Shown here: piece after piece, positions 60,018 through 64,000 of the stretch | How positions within the stretch are numbered: the first letter of the stretch is position 1 | Layout of the letters: the number at the start of each line of letters is the position of its first letter | From: Patescibacteria group bacterium | GTDB taxonomy: Bacteria; Patescibacteriota; Minisyncoccia; Phycocordibacterales; SBAW01 | Reading direction: 5' to 3' | DNA length: 64,000 nt | Assembly: GCA_019752125.1 (NCBI GenBank) | Contig: JAIEMM010000006.1 | Coordinates: 6,120 to 70,119 of the forward strand | Notes under the pieces: model-generated | Databases searched by the model: none | What the model was told of the DNA's origin: nothing | What the model saw: the letters and a program-made list of their open reading frames with translations, nothing else | Made by a program: the position numbers and the translations under genes

Positions 60018-60093
60018 GCGCGCTTAGCTCAGTTGGTAGAGCAACTCATTTACACTGAGAAGGTCGGGGGTTCAAGTCCCTCAGCGCGCACCA
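60018..60093 (+). tRNA. tRNA-Val(TAC)
   Basis: gcgcgct/agcgcgc acceptor, loop tttacac, CCA. Confidence 0.94.
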
Positions 60094-60171
60094 AAATAGA
60101 CCTTCTAATTAATATATTGGCGCTGCACTATTCTCCAGCAGCGCTACAATTAAGAAACAACCGTTTTAGTC

Positions 60172-61503
60172 ATGACCCGTACAAATTTACTATTCAGAAG
60201 GGGTTGGGGCAGTGGGGAAGACGATGGCAGAGAAGGCCATCGTTCCATCAACATTCCTCGTGGCGGACACTGGCTTTGGAAGCTACTCGCGTTTTCAGGC
60301 CCAGGCTACATGGTGGCCGTTGGCTACATGGACCCAGGTAATTGGGCAACCGACCTCGTCGGCGGCTCGGCCTTCGGCTACGCACTGCTTTCAGTTATCC
60401 TGCTCTCAAGTCTCTCAGCAATTCTCCTGCAATATCTTTCTGCAAAGCTTGGTATCGCAACTGGCCGTGACTTGGCAGAGATGACAAAGCAGAACGTCTC
60501 TAAACCAATTGCAATTTTCTTGTGGGTGATGGCAGAAATAATGATCATTGCCTGCGACTTGGCAGAGGTCATCGGTACCGCAGTTGCACTCTTACTCCTC
60601 TTTCACATCCCGATCGTCTGGGGCGTATGCATTACAGCGCTCGACGTCTTCCTGCTTCTCTACTTGCAGAAGAAAGGCATGCGCCTCTTGGAAGCGCTCG
60701 TGGTCTGCCTTATTGCCATCATTGGGGTATGTTTGGGTATCGATGTGGTGATGGCAAACCCTTCACTCCTCGGCATATTCAGCGGCTTGGTTCCAACACC
60801 AGCACTGTTTGCCAGCACCGATATGCTCTATGTCGCTATCGGCATCATCGGCGCAACGGTTATGCCACACAACCTCTACCTGCACTCATCGCTTTCACAG
60901 ACGCGCGCGTATGAAGAAACAGAGGTGGGGAAGAGGGAGGCAATAAAATATAGCGGTATTGATTCTGGCATCGCCCTCTCCTTCGCCTTCTGCATCAACG
61001 CAGCAATTCTTATTCTCTCGGCAGCAGCGTTTCATTCAAACGGACTTAACGATGTTGCAGATATAGATCAAGCGTACCTACTACTTTCACCCGTGCTTGG
61101 TATAGGGTTTGGGTCAGCGTTGTTTGCAATCGCACTTCTTGCCGCCGGACAGAACTCTACGCTCACCGGCACTATGGCGGGGCAGATAATTATGGAAGGG
61201 TTCTTGAATATTCGTTTGGCGCCATGGTTGCGCCGCATTATCACGCGAGGTCTCGCTATCATTCCGGCACTACTCTTTGTTGTCTACATCGGCGGGGAAG
61301 AGGTTACAAAACTACTCGTATTTTCACAGGTGGTGCTGTCCATACAGCTACCGTTCGCAATGATTCCGCTCGTATACTTCACCAGCCGCAAAAAGTTTAT
61401 GGGCGTGTTTACTAATTCATGGCCTATCAAGGCGTTGGCCATACTTATCGCAACCGTTATTACCGGTCTTAATGTATGGTTGGTTTGGCAGGTTTTCGTG
61501 TAA
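60172..61503 (+). CDS. mntH: NRAMP divalent metal transporter
   Basis: YMDPGNWATD, GATVMPHNLYLHS, SQVVLSIQLPFA. Confidence 0.95.
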   Translation: MTRTNLLFRRGWGSGEDDGREGHRSINIPRGGHWLWKLLAFSGPGYMVAVGYMDPGNWATDLVGGSAFGYALLSVILLSSLSAILLQYLSAKLGIATGRDLAEMTKQNVSKPIAIFLWVMAEIMIIACDLAEVIGTAVALLLLFHIPIVWGVCITALDVFLLLYLQKKGMRLLEALVVCLIAIIGVCLGIDVVMANPSLLGIFSGLVPTPALFASTDMLYVAIGIIGATVMPHNLYLHSSLSQTRAYEETEVGKREAIKYSGIDSGIALSFAFCINAAILILSAAAFHSNGLNDVADIDQAYLLLSPVLGIGFGSALFAIALLAAGQNSTLTGTMAGQIIMEGFLNIRLAPWLRRIITRGLAIIPALLFVVYIGGEEVTKLLVFSQVVLSIQLPFAMIPLVYFTSRKKFMGVFTNSWPIKALAILIATVITGLNVWLVWQVFV

Positions 61504-61512
61504 AGTAAAAAT

Positions 61513-62190
61513 ATGAAAGAACCGGTAGTGCTATACGAAGATCAGGACATTATTGTTGTCGACAAGCCGTCGGGGATGATTGTGTACCCAGATGGCATCC
61601 ACGACTATCCGGCGCTTGATGCGTGGCTTGTAAAAAAATATGGGGGTCCGCCAGCTGGCGGATTCCATTTCGTGCACCGCCTCGACAGAGAGACATCGGG
61701 CGTGCTTCTCCTTGCCCGTACTCCAGAAGTGTATGAGTTTATGAAAGAGCAGTTTCAGGAAAGGGAAGTGCGAAAGGTGTATCGCGCCTTTGTGCACGGA
61801 CTCATTCGCGACGACCGTGGCATTATCGACAAGCCGATAGGGAACTCGCGCGGCGGCAAAGGGCCACGTTCTGTAAAAAGCCCGCACGGTACATTGCGTG
61901 ATGCGCTTACTGCGTACCGGGTCATTAAGCGTAGCCCGGAAGCGACATACGTTGAGGTGTTTCCTAAAACTGGCCGCACGCACCAAATTCGTGTCCACTT
62001 TTCTTCTATCCAGCGCCCTATTATCTGCGACCAGCTCTATGGCCCAGACCGCCCTGATGTCCTAGGGTTAGGCCGCCTTGCTCTCCACGCCTATTCGCTC
62101 ACAGTTCAGCACCCAAATGGTAAAGAAATGACCTTTACCTCGCCTCTGCCGCCGGAATTCGTTACAGCAGAAGGAAAATTGCGCGAGTAG
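61513..62190 (+). CDS. RluA family pseudouridine synthase
   Basis: DKPSGM, VHRLDRETSG, TGRTHQIRVH, LHA. Confidence 0.95.
   Translation: MKEPVVLYEDQDIIVVDKPSGMIVYPDGIHDYPALDAWLVKKYGGPPAGGFHFVHRLDRETSGVLLLARTPEVYEFMKEQFQEREVRKVYRAFVHGLIRDDRGIIDKPIGNSRGGKGPRSVKSPHGTLRDALTAYRVIKRSPEATYVEVFPKTGRTHQIRVHFSSIQRPIICDQLYGPDRPDVLGLGRLALHAYSLTVQHPNGKEMTFTSPLPPEFVTAEGKLRE
61647..61662. repeat. PPAGG palindrome in frame in rluA
   Basis: tccgccagctggcgga just before HRLD. Confidence 0.8.
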
Positions 62191-62215
62191 AAACAATGTG
62201 TTAAAGTCTCCAGAC

Positions 62216-62698
62216 ATGAAATCGGCAGTCAAAGTAAGCCCAGTAAACATGAAACAGCGCGCGGCGCTCGGTATTCGCTCTGGCGACACCGTCCGCGTTT
62301 GGCAAAACATTGTTGAACTCAAAAAAGGTAAGGCAGCCAACAAAAAAGAGGTAACGACGAAGAACGTTCGTCGCCAGGCTTTTGAAGGCATCGTTATCGC
62401 TGTGAAGCACGGTAATGAAACCGGCGGTACCTTTACAGTACGCAAGGTTGCTTCAGGTGTGGGTGTTGAAAGAATCTTCCCTATATACGCTCCAATGATT
62501 GATGAAATTGAGGTGCTCCGCCGCGCACGTACTCGCCGCGCGAAGCTCTACTTCATCCGCCGCAAAGCAACATCTGAGATTAAGCGTGCAATGCGTAAAC
62601 AGATCCGCTTCACTCCAAAAGGCACTGCCGAAGATGAGGCTCCAGTAGAAGCAGAAGAGCCAGTCGTTGACTCAGCTCCAGAAGAAGCAACAGTTTAG
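62216..62698 (+). CDS. rplS: 50S ribosomal protein L19
   Basis: GDTVRV, QAFEGIVIA, FTVRKVASGVGVERIFP, RRAKLYFIR. Confidence 0.96.
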   Translation: MKSAVKVSPVNMKQRAALGIRSGDTVRVWQNIVELKKGKAANKKEVTTKNVRRQAFEGIVIAVKHGNETGGTFTVRKVASGVGVERIFPIYAPMIDEIEVLRRARTRRAKLYFIRRKATSEIKRAMRKQIRFTPKGTAEDEAPVEAEEPVVDSAPEEATV

Positions 62699-62701
62699 TA
62701 C

Positions 62702-62767
62702 GCTTCACAAAAAGGCCTTGCTTTGGGGAGATATACCTCGCCCCTACGCAAGGCCTTTTTGTTTTGC
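62702..62767. repeat. Intergenic twin of the pnp element (may serve as the rplS terminator)
   Basis: gcttc-acaaaaaggccttgc...gggagatatacctcgccc...gcaaggcctttttgt-tttgc. Confidence 0.85.
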
Positions 62768-62809
62768 TAAAACCACGCAGGTTCGCTATAGTGCACGTGT
62801 ACGCCTGAT

Positions 62810-62893
62810 GCCCAGGTGGCGAAATTGGTAGACGCACTACCTTGAGGTGGTAGCCCCCGCAAGGGGTTGGAGGTTCGAGTCCTCTCCTGGGCA
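62810..62893 (+). tRNA. tRNA-Leu(GAG)
   Basis: gcccagg/cctgggc acceptor, ctacc-ttgaggt-ggtag, variable arm. Confidence 0.95.
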
Positions 62894-63078
62894 CAACAAA
62901 CGAAAAACTAGGCATTACCGTCACCCAGAGGCAGCCAAAGAGGACTCCTCGAACTCGGATGCCTAATCATGGACACCCAATGCTATTTATGGTTGAGTGT
63001 CCACAGACACCTCTCCTGTTCGGAGGGACCCCCGCCACATAATTATATGGTTGGGTCTTCCCGCAACAGGAGGGCCGC

Positions 63079-63645
63079 ATGCCCAGCATCATAAAGTTCA
63101 AGGATTTCGTGAGCATCAGCGGAGACACTCTCACTATCGATCCCGGACTGAAGCCGAAGCCAGACATCGGCGTCCAAGTTCTCTTCAGGTTCGCGTTCAG
63201 GGGGGATGTGATCAGGCATCTCGTCGGCGATGCGTCGCTCTTGAATAATTGGGACACCGAACCAACTCCGTACGACGCTGAAATGGAATCCTACCTCAGC
63301 GGCCTCTGCAATCTTGGCGACAGCCGTGGCGAACAGATTAATCTCGAGCGTCTCAGTCTAGGTGACACCGTCGTCGAGCTTCGCCTCGACCGCCTCGCCA
63401 AGATTCTATTCGGCCACGAGGAGAACTGGATGGAGGGCATCGACAACGTCTTCATTAGAGCAGCCATGAAGACGCTCGTCGAGACACACACCGTGACCGC
63501 AGCGATCGATAGGACTGCTGACGGGGTCGGCATCATGGTCGTCTTCAAAAAGCTCAACGAGGTCAAGTTCTCCTTCCTCTTCGAGATCGACCGAGCTGCT
63601 GCCGAGAAGATCTTCATGTTCCAGGATGTCGAGAGTGTCGTCTGA
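63079..63645 (+). CDS. Acidic orphan protein
   Basis: 188 aa, SD aggagg, GC-rich codons, terminator cgccgacc/ggtcggcgtttt. Confidence 0.72.
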   Translation: MPSIIKFKDFVSISGDTLTIDPGLKPKPDIGVQVLFRFAFRGDVIRHLVGDASLLNNWDTEPTPYDAEMESYLSGLCNLGDSRGEQINLERLSLGDTVVELRLDRLAKILFGHEENWMEGIDNVFIRAAMKTLVETHTVTAAIDRTADGVGIMVVFKKLNEVKFSFLFEIDRAAAEKIFMFQDVESVV

Positions 63646-63848
63646 CATTCCTCAACGGAGCGCCGACCGATTCCTGGGTCGGCGTTTTTCTATATCCATT
63701 GGGTCATGCAAGGCATCATTGTCGTTCGCCGCTTTGAGCTGCGCTCTGATATATTTCTTGATGATCTGTGCGATCACTAAAGTTCGAGGTTTGCCTCGCG
63801 TGGGCGCACAAAGCGTTTTGTATATTTGTCCTGCTATAATATCCAGCA

Positions 63849-64000
63849 ATGTTGAAAATGTTTATTGCTCCGATAGCTGTCTCTGTTTTGGCCTTAGCGG
63901 CCGTGGGTTGGTGGGGTGGGGTAGCGGCATTTCTTTTGACGGCGATGCTGGCAGTTCTTGAAGTCACTCTTTCCTTCGACAACGCAGTGGTCAATGCCAA
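63849..64000 (+). CDS. DUF475/TerC-like membrane protein, 3'-truncated (not in ORF track)
   Basis: MLKMFIAPI...LEVTLSFDNAVVNA; TATAAT 8 nt before ATG. Confidence 0.85.
   Translation, partial: MLKMFIAPIAVSVLALAAVGWWGGVAAFLLTAMLAVLEVTLSFDNAVVNA

Noticed and set aside
60094-60171. Metal-responsive riboswitch or MntR box before mntH
   Set aside because: No recognisable yybP-ykoY structure or convincing palindrome.
63652-63849. Minus-strand ORF with AANDN resembling a tmRNA tag
   Set aside because: No tRNA-like ends or ALAA-stop are visible; at most a gene remnant.

Overview
Chromosomal segment around the replication origin of a small-genome bacterium. The gene set and style (short polA, yebC, rnpA and yidC; VirB4/PrgI/VirB6/pilin cluster; PilB; few Shine-Dalgarno motifs) suggest Patescibacteria/CPR (Parcubacteria-like); this is inference. 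The window holds housekeeping genes (pnp, uvrD/pcrA, rsmA, jag-yidC-rnpA-rpmH-dnaA-oriC-dnaN, tyrS, ruvABC, polA, murE, rpsT, rplS), six tRNAs, an ~13 kb T4SS-like cluster, a type I R-M locus with an embedded PIN gene, and scattered SD-led orphan genes. The most striking unexplained structure is several families of short hairpin/palindromic DNA elements. They recur between genes, sit in frame inside core genes (pnp, uvrD, tsaE, holA-like, rluA, PLD), are nested inside each other without target duplication, show compensatory stem changes, and in one case form 36-bp direct repeats bracketing a self-contained gene cassette. Also seen: a promoter- and terminator-bounded rod-shaped ncRNA (6S-like), pervasive leaderless -10/ATG spacing, a tRNA-Ser-linked element, a stand-alone DnaA domain IV protein and a 51-aa hyperacidic microprotein. 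All calls are by eye; no searches were run.
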